DNA from: Candidatus Hydrogenedentota bacterium
GTDB lineage: Bacteria > Hydrogenedentota > Hydrogenedentia > Hydrogenedentales > CAITNO01
Reading direction: 5' to 3'
Assembly: GCA_012730045.1 (NCBI GenBank)
Contig: JAAYBR010000106.1
Span: forward strand, 64,550 to 128,549
Length of the DNA: 64,000 bases
The position numbers and the translations under genes are program-made. This document shows, piece after piece, positions 18,597-28,430 of the stretch (positions within the stretch are counted from its first letter, which is position 1; each line of letters begins with the position of its first letter). Below the pieces are notes generated by a model. That model saw only the letters and a list, made by a program, of their open reading frames with translations. It did no database searches and was not told the origin of the DNA.

Positions 18597-19199
18597 TCAT
18601 CCTTCCTCGGCGCCCGGGCGCCGGTTGTGCCGGCTCATGGCCGCCTCTATGCCTTGCTCCACCCACAGCAGCACCGCCGCAGCCGCGTCGTCCAGCATGG
18701 CGTCCACGGCGGCCCGCTCTTCCGGGCGAAACCTGCCCAGCACATGACCGGTCAGCTCGCCACCCGGCGTCTCACCGCCGCCAACCCCCAATCTTACCCT
18801 GTGAAAGGCGTTGGTGCCAAGCCGCTCGATCACGGACTTGAGGCCGTTGTGCCCGCCGGCGCCGCCGCCGGCCCGAAAACGCACCGATCCCAGGGGAAGG
18901 TTCACATCGTCGGCAATGACAAGAATGTCCTCGGCCGCGACGCCTTTGCTCCTGGCCGCCTTCGCAACGCTGCCGCCGCTGAGGTTCATGAACGTCAGCG
19001 GCTTAAGCAGGTAAACCCGCCGGCCGGCGTGCATGCCCTCGGCCCACAGCCCGTCGTGCTTTTCCCGGTCAAAAGACGCGGAACACCCGGCCGCAGCCCG
19101 GTCCGCCACGCAAAAGCCCAGATTGTGGCGGGTGTCCCGGTACTGGGCGCCGGGGTTTCCCAATCCTACCACCAGTCTGGAACCGCACAAACCATTCAC
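18597..19199 (-). CDS. pth: peptidyl-tRNA hydrolase
   Basis: 200 aa with the VGLGNPG motif and HNGLKS. Confidence 0.9.
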   Translation of the reverse strand: MNGLCGSRLVVGLGNPGAQYRDTRHNLGFCVADRAAAGCSASFDREKHDGLWAEGMHAGRRVYLLKPLTFMNLSGGSVAKAARSKGVAAEDILVIADDVNLPLGSVRFRAGGGAGGHNGLKSVIERLGTNAFHRVRLGVGGGETPGGELTGHVLGRFRPEERAAVDAMLDDAAAAVLLWVEQGIEAAMSRHNRRPGAEEG

Positions 19200-19239
19200 C
19201 TCGGGGGCTGTTCAGGCCGCTCGTCGGAAGGGGAGGGGA

Positions 19240-19899
19240 CTACTTCCCCTCCTCCGCCTGTTCCTTGGGCTCTGCCGCCGCCGCCGCCACCGGCTCGGCC
19301 TCGGCAGCCGCCGCAGCCGCAGCCTCGGACGCGCTGACACGCGGCATGTGCACAGACGCGACGGGAAGCTCTGAATCCGTCAGCAGGGTGACCCCCTCCG
19401 GAATGGAAAGCATCGAAACGTGGTATGCGTCGCCGATGTTGAGGTCCGTGGTGTCCAGGATGAACTTCTCGGGCACCTGCGTCGCCAGGCACTCGACCTC
19501 AACCTCGCGCACTTGGTGCTCCAGCAGGCCGCCCTCGGCGACCCCCTTGCAGCGCCCCGTCAGCTCGACGGGAACCATGGTGCGGATGGTCTCGTCCATG
19601 CGGATGCGCACGAGGTCCACATGCGTGGGGTTGTACTTGAGCGGATGGCGCTGCACCGACTTGACGATGGCCGCGGTGTTCATCGCGGGCTGGTCCTCGC
19701 AGACCAGGCTCACAATCGGGTGCGTGCCCGCCGCCGAATGGAGCAGCCGGTCAAACTCCTTGCCGTCAATCTCCAGCGACATCGCCTCTTCCCCGCCGCC
19801 GTAAAGCACGCCGGGAACCCTGCCCGTGCGCCGGACCGCGTGGGCCATGCCCTTCGTTCCGGTGGCGCGGCTGCTGACACTCAACGTCTTCAGTTCCAT
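19240..19899 (-). CDS. rplY: 50S ribosomal protein L25 / general stress protein Ctc
   Basis: 219 aa with an L25/Ctc fold signature and a C-terminal Ala/Glu-rich tail. Confidence 0.85.
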   Translation of the reverse strand: MELKTLSVSSRATGTKGMAHAVRRTGRVPGVLYGGGEEAMSLEIDGKEFDRLLHSAAGTHPIVSLVCEDQPAMNTAAIVKSVQRHPLKYNPTHVDLVRIRMDETIRTMVPVELTGRCKGVAEGGLLEHQVREVEVECLATQVPEKFILDTTDLNIGDAYHVSMLSIPEGVTLLTDSELPVASVHMPRVSASEAAAAAAAEAEPVAAAAAEPKEQAEEGK

Positions 19900-19930
19900 T
19901 GTTCAATTCTCCCAGAACATTTTCTCGTTT

Positions 19931-20884
19931 TCAGACCTGAAACAAACTGCTCACGGACTCGTTGCGGTGGATGCGGCGGATGGCTTCCCCGATCAGGGGG
20001 GCCAGCGAAAGCACCCGGAACCGGGGATTCGCCGCCGCACGCGCGCAAAGGGGCACCGAGTCGCACACCAGGAGCTCCTCGATGACCGAATTCTCTATGT
20101 TGTCCAGCGCCGGGCCGCTGAAGACCGGGTGTGTCGCGCAGGCCCGCACGCTCAGCGCGCCATGCTCTTTGATGGCGCGCGCCGCCTTGACCAGCGTGCC
20201 GCCCGTGTCAATCATGTCGTCCAGAATCAGCGCGTGCTTGCCCTCGACCGACCCGATGACGTTCATCACCTCCGACTCGTTCTCCCGCGGGCGCCGCTTG
20301 TCCACAATCGCCAGGGGAATCGCCAGGCGGTTCGCAAACTCACGCGCCCGGCGCACGCTCCCCATGTCCGGGGAGATCACAATCATGTTCTCCTGCAGCT
20401 TCTCCTTCCAGAGGCACTCGCAGAAAACGATGTCCGCCGCCAGATGGTCGAGCGGGATGTCAAAAAAACCCTGAATCTGCCCGCTGTGCAGGTCCACCGT
20501 GAGCACCCGGTCCGCCCCCGCAGCCGTGATCAGGTTCGCCACCAGCTTGGCCGTGATGGGAACCCTCGCCTTGTCCTTGCGGTCCTGCCGGGCATACCCA
20601 AAATAGGGGATCACCGCCGTGATGCGCTCCGCCGAGGCCCGTTTGACGGCGTCAATCAGGATCAGAAGCTCCATCAGGTGCTGGTTCACCGGCGGCGAGG
20701 TGCTGTTCACCAGGAAGACGTCCCGCCCCCGGATATGCTCCTGAATCTGAACCCGGATTTCCCCGTCACTGAATCCGCTGACCACCGCCTCGCCTTGACG
20801 CACGCCCAAATGCTCGCAGATTCCCCGCGTCAGCGCCTGAGACCCATTGCCGGAAAAAATCTTCATTTCCACGGAACCGTCCAC
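19931..20884 (-). CDS. prs: ribose-phosphate pyrophosphokinase
   Basis: 317 aa, KIFSGNGSQALTRGICEHLG... with a PRPP-binding motif (LILDDMIDTGGTL). Translation probably starts at the GTG at 20884 (GGAAGG RBS); an in-frame ATG at 20866 is the alternative. Confidence 0.9.
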   Translation of the reverse strand: MDGSVEMKIFSGNGSQALTRGICEHLGVRQGEAVVSGFSDGEIRVQIQEHIRGRDVFLVNSTSPPVNQHLMELLILIDAVKRASAERITAVIPYFGYARQDRKDKARVPITAKLVANLITAAGADRVLTVDLHSGQIQGFFDIPLDHLAADIVFCECLWKEKLQENMIVISPDMGSVRRAREFANRLAIPLAIVDKRRPRENESEVMNVIGSVEGKHALILDDMIDTGGTLVKAARAIKEHGALSVRACATHPVFSGPALDNIENSVIEELLVCDSVPLCARAAANPRFRVLSLAPLIGEAIRRIHRNESVSSLFQV

Positions 20885-20952
20885 GATAAAGGCCTTCCGC
20901 TCCTGGTTGCCCGCATCAGAAACCGCCCCGGGACGGTCTCACTTTGTCTGAC

Positions 20953-21027
20953 TGGCTGGGGCGGCTGGACTCGAACCAACAATAGCCAGAACCAAAATCT
21001 GGTGCCTTACCAATTTGGCTACGCCCC
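20953..21027 (-). tRNA. tRNA-Gln (anticodon UUG), CCA encoded
   Basis: Reverse complement TGGGGCGTAGCCAAATTGGTAAGGCACCAGATTTTGGTTCTGGCTATTGTTGGTTCGAGTCCAGCCGCCCCAGCCA folds as a cloverleaf: 7-bp acceptor stem, D arm GCCA/GGCA, anticodon stem CCAGA/TCTGG with loop TTTTGGT (anticodon TTG), and T arm GTTGG-TTCGAGT-CCAGC. Confidence 0.8.
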
Positions 21028-21256
21028 ATCCGTGTCGGCAGGGTTGCATGACTGGCCGCTTGCCGTCGTCCGTCCCGCCCGCCGCAAAGACCTCCCCACG
21101 CGAAAAGCGCCAAGTCGGCCAACGGCAAACGCCTCCGGAAGCACAAAAAAGACCAACGGCAACCCCCGGAGGGCACAGCGCGGTGAGTATAGCAGGAGAT
21201 GCCGGACCATTGCAAAGCCTCTGTCCGGCTTCCAGGGCGGCGCCATCTAAGAATAG

Positions 21257-21285
21257 TTGCCATTCTCCGCATAATGCGATATAAT
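21257..21285 (+). promoter_or_regulatory. sigma-70 consensus promoter (TTGCCA-N17-TATAAT) for the downstream hypothetical gene
   Basis: TTGCCA at 21257-21262, a 17-nt spacer, TATAAT at 21280-21285, about 45 nt upstream of the ATG at 21330. Confidence 0.5.
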
Positions 21286-21329
21286 TTCCCCGCGGCCAAG
21301 CATGGACAAACAGCATGGGATGATCGGTC

Positions 21330-22139
21330 ATGGTGCCTGACTCGAAGACTGGAAAGACAGACGGAGCGGAAAAGCGCACACGTCAGCGGCTGGTGGTGCA
21401 CCTGAAGAACGGGCGCACCGCCCGCGGCTTCTGTCTGGCACTCAACAAGGTCGCGGATGGATTCAACCTGGAACTCGTGGACGAAAACAACCAGTCCATT
21501 GAGAAGTCCGTCCACGTCCCCTTTGGCGAGCTGAAGGGGGTCTTCTATGTCAAGAGCTTTGACGGCCGCTTCAATCCCGAGCAGTTCCTCCAGGAAATCC
21601 CCGAGAACGCCCTCCCCGTCGTGCTGGAGTTTTTTGACGGTGAGATCGTCTCGGGCTTTGTCACTTCCCCCAAGTACATGCAGGAGCCCCGATTCCTCTT
21701 CATCCCGGACGATCCGAACGGCAACAACCTCAGCGTGCTGGTCGAAAGAACCGCGATCCTCTCCGGCATGACCCCCGAAGAGTACAAACAGCGTCTGCAC
21801 AAAGAGTTCGAGAGTTTTCTGCACGACAAGGTTCAGCTGAGCGATGAAACCCAGACCGAACTTGAGGGGGACTTCTATTTCGGGAAGGGAAACTACCAGA
21901 AGGCCCTCCGGAAATACCGGGAAGTGGAGAAGACCGACAAAGCCTCCAAGCGCCTGAGCCGAAAGATGACGGCAACCCTCTTCAACGTGGGCATCTGCAA
22001 CATCCGCAAGCACAGCTATGAGCGCGCCCTCCAGTACATGGAGATGGTGCTTGCCCGGGACCCCCAGCATGACCAGGCCATCAAACGGGTCGAGCAGCTC
22101 CGCGCCCACCTCCGCAAGAAACGCACGGAGCAGCCCTGA
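21330..22139 (+). CDS. hypothetical protein (269 aa) with a TPR-like C-terminal region
   Basis: Protein-like composition (K/E-rich, FYVKSFDGRFNPEQFLQEIP...). Local GC is lower (about 55%) than the surroundings. The opposing 428-aa ORF (20916..22202) looks like antisense noise. Confidence 0.55.
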   Translation: MVPDSKTGKTDGAEKRTRQRLVVHLKNGRTARGFCLALNKVADGFNLELVDENNQSIEKSVHVPFGELKGVFYVKSFDGRFNPEQFLQEIPENALPVVLEFFDGEIVSGFVTSPKYMQEPRFLFIPDDPNGNNLSVLVERTAILSGMTPEEYKQRLHKEFESFLHDKVQLSDETQTELEGDFYFGKGNYQKALRKYREVEKTDKASKRLSRKMTATLFNVGICNIRKHSYERALQYMEMVLARDPQHDQAIKRVEQLRAHLRKKRTEQP

Positions 22140-22225
22140 CCGTTCCGGACGGTTGCATCCCCCCGCGCCGAATGTGACACAATAGAGCCGCCGTGCGGAC
22201 ATGCACTCCCCGCCGGCGAGGCGCC

Positions 22226-23353
22226 ATGCGAAAACCTGCCCTTTGTCTGGCCGTGATTCTGGCGTGTTTCTGCGCCGCAGCCCCCCGCGCGGACGCGCAA
22301 CGCCGCATCGTCCCGCGCCTGCCGGCAGTCGCGGAATCCCACTATCCCGCCGATCCGGACACCCTGCTCAAAACCCTGCGGTCCTTCTATGACGCCGCAG
22401 ACGCCCCCGAAGTCACTTCGTTCCTGGCTGCCTGCATTGCATCTCCGGCCCCCTACGGTCTTGCGGGCAAAGTGTCCGCCCATGCCTTCAAGAGCCTGAA
22501 GCCGGGACAGTATGAACGGGTCATCATTCTCACCAGCGCGCACACTGCGGACATTGAGGGGTGCTCCCTTCCCGAGGTGGACGCCTTTCTCACCCCGCTG
22601 GGCCCCGTGGCGCTCGACCAGGAGGCCGTCAGACGGCTCGTCTTTTCCCCCCTGTTCTCCGTCCAGGCCCTGAATTACAGCGAGAAGGGAAGCAAGCGCG
22701 GCCGGGTGCATGAGTGGGAGCACGGCATTGAGACCCTCCTGCCCTACCTTCAGGAGCGCCTGCTGGAATTCAAGCTCGTCCCCGTTGTCATCGGAAGTCT
22801 CACCACCCCCAGCGGAAAATTCAACCCCGCCGCCGCGGACAGCGTGGCGAAGACCATCCGCCCGCTGCTGGACGACCGGACCCTGCTGGTGGTCAGCAGC
22901 AGTTTCACGCATTTCGGCAACGACTTCAGCAACCGCCCGTTCAACGAGAACATCCAGAAGAACATCGAGCGTCTGGACCGCCAGGCCTTTGAGTGCCTGC
23001 TCTCCCTCGACGCGGCCGCCTTCCAGCGCTACATGGAGGACACTGAAAACGTTATTGACGGGGAAAACTGCATTCATGTCCTTCTGCGCCTGCTGCCTCC
23101 GGGCACACAGGCCCGTATCCTCGCCTATGAGGTGTCCTGCGCCCTCACCGGCGACATGAACCGGTCCGTCAGTTTCTCCGCGTTCACCTTCCACGACCCG
23201 GCCCGGCCTGCGGCCGCGCCGCAGCCCGACAAGGTGAGGCCCCTGCCCATGCCCGGTATTCCGGCAGGGACGCCCCCCGCGCCGCCCACACCCGAAGCCG
23301 CGCCCGGGGAAAAGGCGAAAACGGCGAAGCAGCCGAAAAAGGAAACCCCATGA
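22226..23353 (+). CDS. AmmeMemoRadiSam system protein B (MEMO1 family) with predicted Sec signal peptide and Pro/Lys-rich C-terminal tail
   Basis: MEMO1 blocks are present: LLVVSSSFTHFGNDF (compare FVVSSDFCHWGQRF), IETLLPYL, and NCIHVLLRLL. The N-terminus MRKPALCLAVILACFCAAAPRADA looks like a signal peptide. The start at 22226 is internal to the ORF opening at 22193. Confidence 0.75.
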   Translation: MRKPALCLAVILACFCAAAPRADAQRRIVPRLPAVAESHYPADPDTLLKTLRSFYDAADAPEVTSFLAACIASPAPYGLAGKVSAHAFKSLKPGQYERVIILTSAHTADIEGCSLPEVDAFLTPLGPVALDQEAVRRLVFSPLFSVQALNYSEKGSKRGRVHEWEHGIETLLPYLQERLLEFKLVPVVIGSLTTPSGKFNPAAADSVAKTIRPLLDDRTLLVVSSSFTHFGNDFSNRPFNENIQKNIERLDRQAFECLLSLDAAAFQRYMEDTENVIDGENCIHVLLRLLPPGTQARILAYEVSCALTGDMNRSVSFSAFTFHDPARPAAAPQPDKVRPLPMPGIPAGTPPAPPTPEAAPGEKAKTAKQPKKETP

Positions 23354-23958
23354 CCGGCGCGCCCCCCCTGACGCAGGAGGAAAAGCGCGCGCTGCTCCGC
23401 ATCGCGCGCGACGCCATTGCCGCCTTTCTCAGCGGGCGGGCGCTCTCCCTGAAGGACTACCCCCTGACGGAGTCGCTCGCGGCGCACCGGTGCGCCTTTG
23501 TCACCCTGCATGACGCCGGGGGCGGACTGCGGGGCTGCATCGGCACCCTGGAGGCCCGGGCCTCCCTCGCGGAGACCGTGCGGGACCATGCCGTCCACGC
23601 AGCCTGCCACGACCCCCGGTTTTCCGCCGTGACTTCGGGGGAACTGGACGCCCTCTCGGTGGAGATTTCCGCCCTGGCGCCGGGCGAGGTTCCCGGCACC
23701 CCGTTCCTTCCCGTGGCAAGCCTGGATGAGATCGTTGTGGGCAGGGACGGGCTGTACCTCACGCACCAGCCAAGCGGGCGCGGGGGCGTGCTGCTTCCCC
23801 AGGTGCCGGTGGAGCAGGGCTGGAACCTGAACGCCTTCCTGGAGGGGCTCTGCCGAAAGGCGGGCCTGCCTTTCCGTGCCTGGGAAAACCCGGACTGCCG
23901 CCTTTACCGGTTCTCCGCGGAAGTCTTCGGGGAGCACGATTTTCCCCGCCACTCCTGA
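23350..23958 (+). CDS. AmmeMemoRadiSam system protein A (AMMECR1 domain)
   Basis: 202 aa with the AMMECR1 signature (CAFVTLHDAGGGLRGCIGTLE). The ATGA overlap with protein B indicates coupling. Confidence 0.8.
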   Translation: MTGAPPLTQEEKRALLRIARDAIAAFLSGRALSLKDYPLTESLAAHRCAFVTLHDAGGGLRGCIGTLEARASLAETVRDHAVHAACHDPRFSAVTSGELDALSVEISALAPGEVPGTPFLPVASLDEIVVGRDGLYLTHQPSGRGGVLLPQVPVEQGWNLNAFLEGLCRKAGLPFRAWENPDCRLYRFSAEVFGEHDFPRHS

Positions 23959-23970
23959 GCCGCCGCGCCC

Positions 23971-24420
23971 CTAAAAGCGCTTGATCATCAGCACGGCGTC
24001 CTCCCCCGTGCGCTGGTAGTATCCCGGCCGCCGCCCCTCCGGCACGAAGCCCATCCGCTCGTACAGGCGGATGGCGGCCGTGTTTCCATCGCGCACCTCC
24101 AGCCGCGCCAGCGCGGCGCCGAGGGCAAACGCGCGCGCGAGCAGGTATTCCATCACCTGCCGCCCATAGCCGCACTGCCGGTGTTCCTCGGCCACCGTCA
24201 CCCGGGTGATGTGCGCCTCGTCCAGCACCAGCCAGAAGCCCGCATAGGCGACCACGTCATCCCCCAGCAGCCCCACATGCAAATGGGAGCAGGACGTCTC
24301 CAGCTCGTGCCGGTACATCCCGTGCGTCCAGGGATCCGGATAGGCCTGGCTCTCCAGCAGCAGCACCGCCGGAAGATGCGCGGCGCTGAAAGCCTCAAAC
24401 CGCAGGGGTGCGGAAGCCAT
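23971..24420 (-). CDS. rimI: ribosomal-protein-alanine N-acetyltransferase (GNAT)
   Basis: About 150 aa (MASAPLRFEAFSAAHLPAVLLLESQAYPDPW...) with the GNAT motif (RQCGYGRQVMEYLLARA). It lies directly downstream of tsaB. The start was set at 24418-24420. Confidence 0.8.
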   Translation of the reverse strand: MASAPLRFEAFSAAHLPAVLLLESQAYPDPWTHGMYRHELETSCSHLHVGLLGDDVVAYAGFWLVLDEAHITRVTVAEEHRQCGYGRQVMEYLLARAFALGAALARLEVRDGNTAAIRLYERMGFVPEGRRPGYYQRTGEDAVLMIKRF

Positions 24421-24421
24421 G

Positions 24422-25165
24422 TCAGCCCCTCCCCCCGCCCGGACGCTCCGCCTGGGCCTTGCGAAGATACACCGGAACCGCCAGCGCCGGATCGGTCGGC
24501 GCGCCCGCCGCCTGACGGCGCACGCCCTCCAGCGCCACAAAGGCCGCCCGGGGCGTGTTTCCCGGCGGGGGCACGATGCGGGCGTCTGGAAGCGCAGCCT
24601 GAATCTCCGCGCTGTACCGGTCGGCGCCGTCGCCGACAAAGACGACCGTTCCCCCGGTTCCCGGCATATCCCCCAGGAGACCTGCAACCGGCGCGACCCG
24701 GTCCCCGCCGACCTTCTCCAGCCCGTCCGGAGTCACGAGGTAGAACGCGCCAAAGACCTCCCCCATGCGCGCATCGAGCAGGGGGACGACCAGCCCGTCC
24801 ACCGGAGGCGCGGCATGCGCCAGCGCATCCAGCGTGGGCACACCCACCAGGGGAAGACCGCGCGCCAGGGCGAGCCCCTGCATGGCGGAGGCCCCGATAC
24901 GCAGGCCGGTGAAGGAGCCCGGCCCCGTCGCCACCGCCAGAAGGGAAAGCCGCTCCAGACTCACCCCGGAATCGGAGAGCACATGGTCAATGAGGGAGAA
25001 GAGCCGCTCCGCGTGCAGCCGCTTGCCGTCCACCACCACCTCGGAGCAGATGCGGACGGAAGGGGAGGAGGGGGGACCCCCGGCCCGGCACACGCCGACG
25101 GCGCACCATCCGGTGCTGGTGTCCACGGCCAACACCGTGGGGGGGGGGCTGATGGAGGTGGTCAT
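24422..25165 (-). CDS. tsaB: tRNA threonylcarbamoyladenosine biosynthesis protein TsaB
   Basis: 247 aa with the YeaZ/TsaB N-terminal signature (VLAVDTSTGWCAVGV...) and the ...GPGSFTGLRIG motif. Confidence 0.85.
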   Translation of the reverse strand: MTTSISPPPTVLAVDTSTGWCAVGVCRAGGPPSSPSVRICSEVVVDGKRLHAERLFSLIDHVLSDSGVSLERLSLLAVATGPGSFTGLRIGASAMQGLALARGLPLVGVPTLDALAHAAPPVDGLVVPLLDARMGEVFGAFYLVTPDGLEKVGGDRVAPVAGLLGDMPGTGGTVVFVGDGADRYSAEIQAALPDARIVPPPGNTPRAAFVALEGVRRQAAGAPTDPALAVPVYLRKAQAERPGGGRG

Positions 25166-25207
25166 GTGGGAAGTTCCCGCCCCGTTGGCGGACGCCCCGG
25201 CGGGGCG

Positions 25208-25534
25208 TCAGGTTGTCTGCGTGTCACCCTCTGCGCCGCGCGCCCCCGCCGCGACCTTCTCCTTCATCATCTTCCCCGGCTTGAACGAAACCACCGTCCT
25301 CCGCGAGACGGGCACCTGTTCCCCCGTCCTCGGATTCCTCCCCACGCGCGCCGCCCGGCGCTTCACCTCAAACACGCCAAAATCGCGTAGTTCCCACCGG
25401 CCACCGCGCACCAGGGTCTGCGTCAGGGTGTCAAAGGCGGACTCCACAATGCGAAACACGTCGCTCTGTGTCATCCCCGTCTTGCTGGCGACAAGCATCA
25501 CCAACTCCCGCTTTGTAATGGTCACGGATGGGGC
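25208..25534 (-). CDS. HU/IHF-family DNA-binding protein
   Basis: 108 aa from the GTG start: TITKRELVMLVASKTGMTQSDV...RDFGVFEVKRRAARVGRNPRTGEQVPV...SFKPGK. A GGAGG RBS lies 7 nt upstream. Confidence 0.85.
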   Translation of the reverse strand, partial: APSVTITKRELVMLVASKTGMTQSDVFRIVESAFDTLTQTLVRGGRWELRDFGVFEVKRRAARVGRNPRTGEQVPVSRRTVVSFKPGKMMKEKVAAGARGAEGDTQTT

Positions 25535-25928
25535 TCCTTCCCTCTGGAACTGTCCGGCGTCTTTCCGGCTGCGGCGCGGATCCGCCGTCTTCACCGGAAA
25601 CGCCCGCCGGCGCCCGGGCACCGACGCCCTAATAGTACCCAATCCCCTCCAAGGCGAGTCAAGTTTTCGCGGCCGGCCCAAACCGCCGGCGGGGACCGCT
25701 TTCGACCACAGGGCGGGCATGCTGACAGCGGCGGGCAAACTCAGACACACCCGGGCAGGCGCGGCCTGCATTCGGAAAGGGGCCGCGCCGCCGCCTTCTC
25801 CGCACCCGGTGACGGATCGAATAATCTGCGGCCGCAGGGCGTTATAAGGGTGGGATGTGTCCGTCGCCCCCTTTGAAAACGTCTCCTGATGACTATGGAA
25901 TCACGCCACCCAGCATAAGGAACACCCG

Positions 25929-27368
25929 ATGGAACTCGACGCGGTTCTGCTTGCACGCATTCAATTCGGTTTCACCATCGGCTTTCACTACCTCTTCCCG
26001 CCCCTGACCATCGGGCTGGCCTGGCTCATGGTCATCATGGAGACGCGCTACTGTTTCACCGGTGTCAAGGTCTACGAGAACATGGCCCGGTTCTGGACCA
26101 AGCTGTTCGCCGTCACATTCGCCGTGGGCGTGGCCACGGGCATCGTCATGGAGTTCCAGTTCGGGACCAACTGGGCCGACTACTCGCGCTTCGTCGGCGA
26201 CGTCTTCGGCTCGGCCCTGGCGGCCGAGGGCATCTTCGCCTTCTTCCTGGAATCCGGGTTTCTGGCCGTGCTGGTCTTCGGCTGGGACCGCGTCTCCAAG
26301 CGGGTTCATCTCCTGAGTACCTGGCTGGTGGCCCTGGGCTCGACCCTGTCCGCCGTCTGGATTGTTGTCGCCAACTCCTGGCAGCAGACCCCCGCCGGAT
26401 TCCACGTGGTCGGGGAGGGCGCCGCGCGGCGCGCCGAGATCACCGGTTTCTGGGAGATGGTCTTCAACCCGTCGGCCATGCACCGCCTGAATCACACCGT
26501 CATCGGGGCCCTCATTTTGGGCGCCTTCTTTGTGATGAGCGTCTCGGCCTTCTACATCCTGAAGAACCGGCATCTCGACTTCGCGAAACGCTCGTTCACC
26601 ATCGCGCTCGTGGTGGCCTTTCTGTCCTCGTGGGGCATCCTCTTTTCCGGGCACCTCCAGGCCAAGAAGGTCGCGGAGACCCAGCCGGTCAAGATGGCGG
26701 CCTTCGAGGGGCACTTCAAGTCCGACGGCGGCGGCGCCCCCCTCTATTTGTTTGGATTTCCCGACAAGGACGCCCGCACGGTGCGCGGGGGGATGGCGGT
26801 TCCCGGCATGCTGAGTTTTCTCATTCATGAGAGTCTCACCAAGCCGGTTCCCGGGCTGCTCGACCTGTCGGAGGACGAGAACGACTGGCCGCCCCTGGGC
26901 ATGACCTTCCAGACCTACCACCTCATGGTGGCCATGGGCATGTTCCAGATCGGCGTCAGCTCCCTGGCTCTGTTTCTGCTGTGGCGCAAGCGCCTCTTCG
27001 AGCAGCGCTGGCTGCTCTGGACCTTTGTGTTTGCCGTGGTCACCCCGTACATTTCCAACCACGCCGGATGGATGGCGGCCGAGATCGGGCGGCAGCCCTG
27101 GGTGGTCCAGGGCCTGCTGCGCACCTCCGACGGCGTCTCCAAGAACGTCAGCGGGGGGCAGATTCTCGGGTCCATCCTCATGTTTGGGTTTGTCTACCTC
27201 ATGCTCTTCCTGGTGTGGATCTTCGTCCTGAACAGCAAGATTCAAAAGGGGCCCGACCCCGGCGGGGAAGGGGAGCCCGCGGACGGCATGAACACGGGGT
27301 TCCTGGCCGTCGCCGAAAACCGGGCCGACCCCTCCGGACCTTCCATGGGCTCCGTGCACAAACAGTAA
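25929..27368 (+). CDS. cydA: cytochrome bd ubiquinol oxidase subunit I
   Basis: 479 aa; [39 protein letters not shown] is the canonical CydA N-terminus, with a Q-loop region. Confidence 0.9.
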   Translation: MELDAVLLARIQFGFTIGFHYLFPPLTIGLAWLMVIMETRYCFTGVKVYENMARFWTKLFAVTFAVGVATGIVMEFQFGTNWADYSRFVGDVFGSALAAEGIFAFFLESGFLAVLVFGWDRVSKRVHLLSTWLVALGSTLSAVWIVVANSWQQTPAGFHVVGEGAARRAEITGFWEMVFNPSAMHRLNHTVIGALILGAFFVMSVSAFYILKNRHLDFAKRSFTIALVVAFLSSWGILFSGHLQAKKVAETQPVKMAAFEGHFKSDGGGAPLYLFGFPDKDARTVRGGMAVPGMLSFLIHESLTKPVPGLLDLSEDENDWPPLGMTFQTYHLMVAMGMFQIGVSSLALFLLWRKRLFEQRWLLWTFVFAVVTPYISNHAGWMAAEIGRQPWVVQGLLRTSDGVSKNVSGGQILGSILMFGFVYLMLFLVWIFVLNSKIQKGPDPGGEGEPADGMNTGFLAVAENRADPSGPSMGSVHKQ

Positions 27369-27407
27369 CCGCCCCGCCTCGCGGCGCACAACACGGGAAA
27401 CGCGGCC

Positions 27408-28430
27408 ATGACCTACCTGAACGAGATATGGTTCCTCCTCCTGGGCGTCCTGCTGACAGGATACGCCGTCTTGGACGGCTTTGACCTGGGGGTGGGCATC
27501 CTGCACCCCTTCGTCGCGAGGGACGACCGGGAACGCCGCATCCTCATGAACGCCATCGGCCCCCTGTGGGACGGCAACGAGGTGTGGCTGGTGACCTTTG
27601 GCGGGGCCATGTTCGCCGCGTTCCGCGATGTCTACGCCACGGTCTTTTCCGCCTTCTACACGGCCTTCATGCTCCTGCTGTGCGCGCTCATCTTCCGCGC
27701 CGTGTCCATGGAGTTCCGGAGCAAGCAGCCCCACCCGGCGTGGCGCTCCCTGTGGGACTGGGCCTTCTGCCTGTCCAGCCTGACGGCCTCCCTGCTTTTC
27801 GGCGTGGCCGTGGGAAATGTGATGCAGGGGATCGCCATTGACGCCGCCGGGAACTACACCGGCACCTTCTTCGACTTCCTGAACCCCTTCAGCCTGCTCA
27901 CGGGCCTGCTCGTGGTGGCGCTTTTCGCCTTCCACGGGGGCCTTTACCTGACACTGAAGACCGGCGGGCCGCTGCACGCCCGGATACTGCGCGCCTCCTG
28001 GACCGCTTATTTCTGCCTCCTCGCGCTCTATCTGGCCGTCAGCGCCTATGCCGTCGCCGCCGTGCCCTCGGCCACGGTCAACTTCCGGTATCTCCCCGCC
28101 GCCTGGATCATGCCCGTCCTGCATCTGGCCGCCATGATCGCGATTCCCCTCCTGATGCGCGCGGGCCGGACCGGTCTTGCGTTCCTCGCGAACAGCTTCT
28201 GCATCACCGCCTTTGTGTTTCTGTTCGCGGTGGCCATGGCCCCGAACATGGTGTATTCCTCCCTCGACCCCGGATACACCCTGACCATTTACAACGCGGC
28301 GTCGAGTCCCAAGACCCTGGGCATCATGCTGGTTATCGCCCTCATTGGCATGCCGCTCGTTGTGGCCTACACGGTGATCATCTACCGCGTCTTCCGGGGC
28401 AAGGTGGAGCTGACGCCCGAGAGCTACTGA
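27408..28430 (+). CDS. cydB: cytochrome bd ubiquinol oxidase subunit II
   Basis: 340 aa; MTYLNEIWFLLLGVLLTGYAVLDGFDLGVGIL is the canonical CydB N-terminus. Confidence 0.9.
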   Translation: MTYLNEIWFLLLGVLLTGYAVLDGFDLGVGILHPFVARDDRERRILMNAIGPLWDGNEVWLVTFGGAMFAAFRDVYATVFSAFYTAFMLLLCALIFRAVSMEFRSKQPHPAWRSLWDWAFCLSSLTASLLFGVAVGNVMQGIAIDAAGNYTGTFFDFLNPFSLLTGLLVVALFAFHGGLYLTLKTGGPLHARILRASWTAYFCLLALYLAVSAYAVAAVPSATVNFRYLPAAWIMPVLHLAAMIAIPLLMRAGRTGLAFLANSFCITAFVFLFAVAMAPNMVYSSLDPGYTLTIYNAASSPKTLGIMLVIALIGMPLVVAYTVIIYRVFRGKVELTPESY

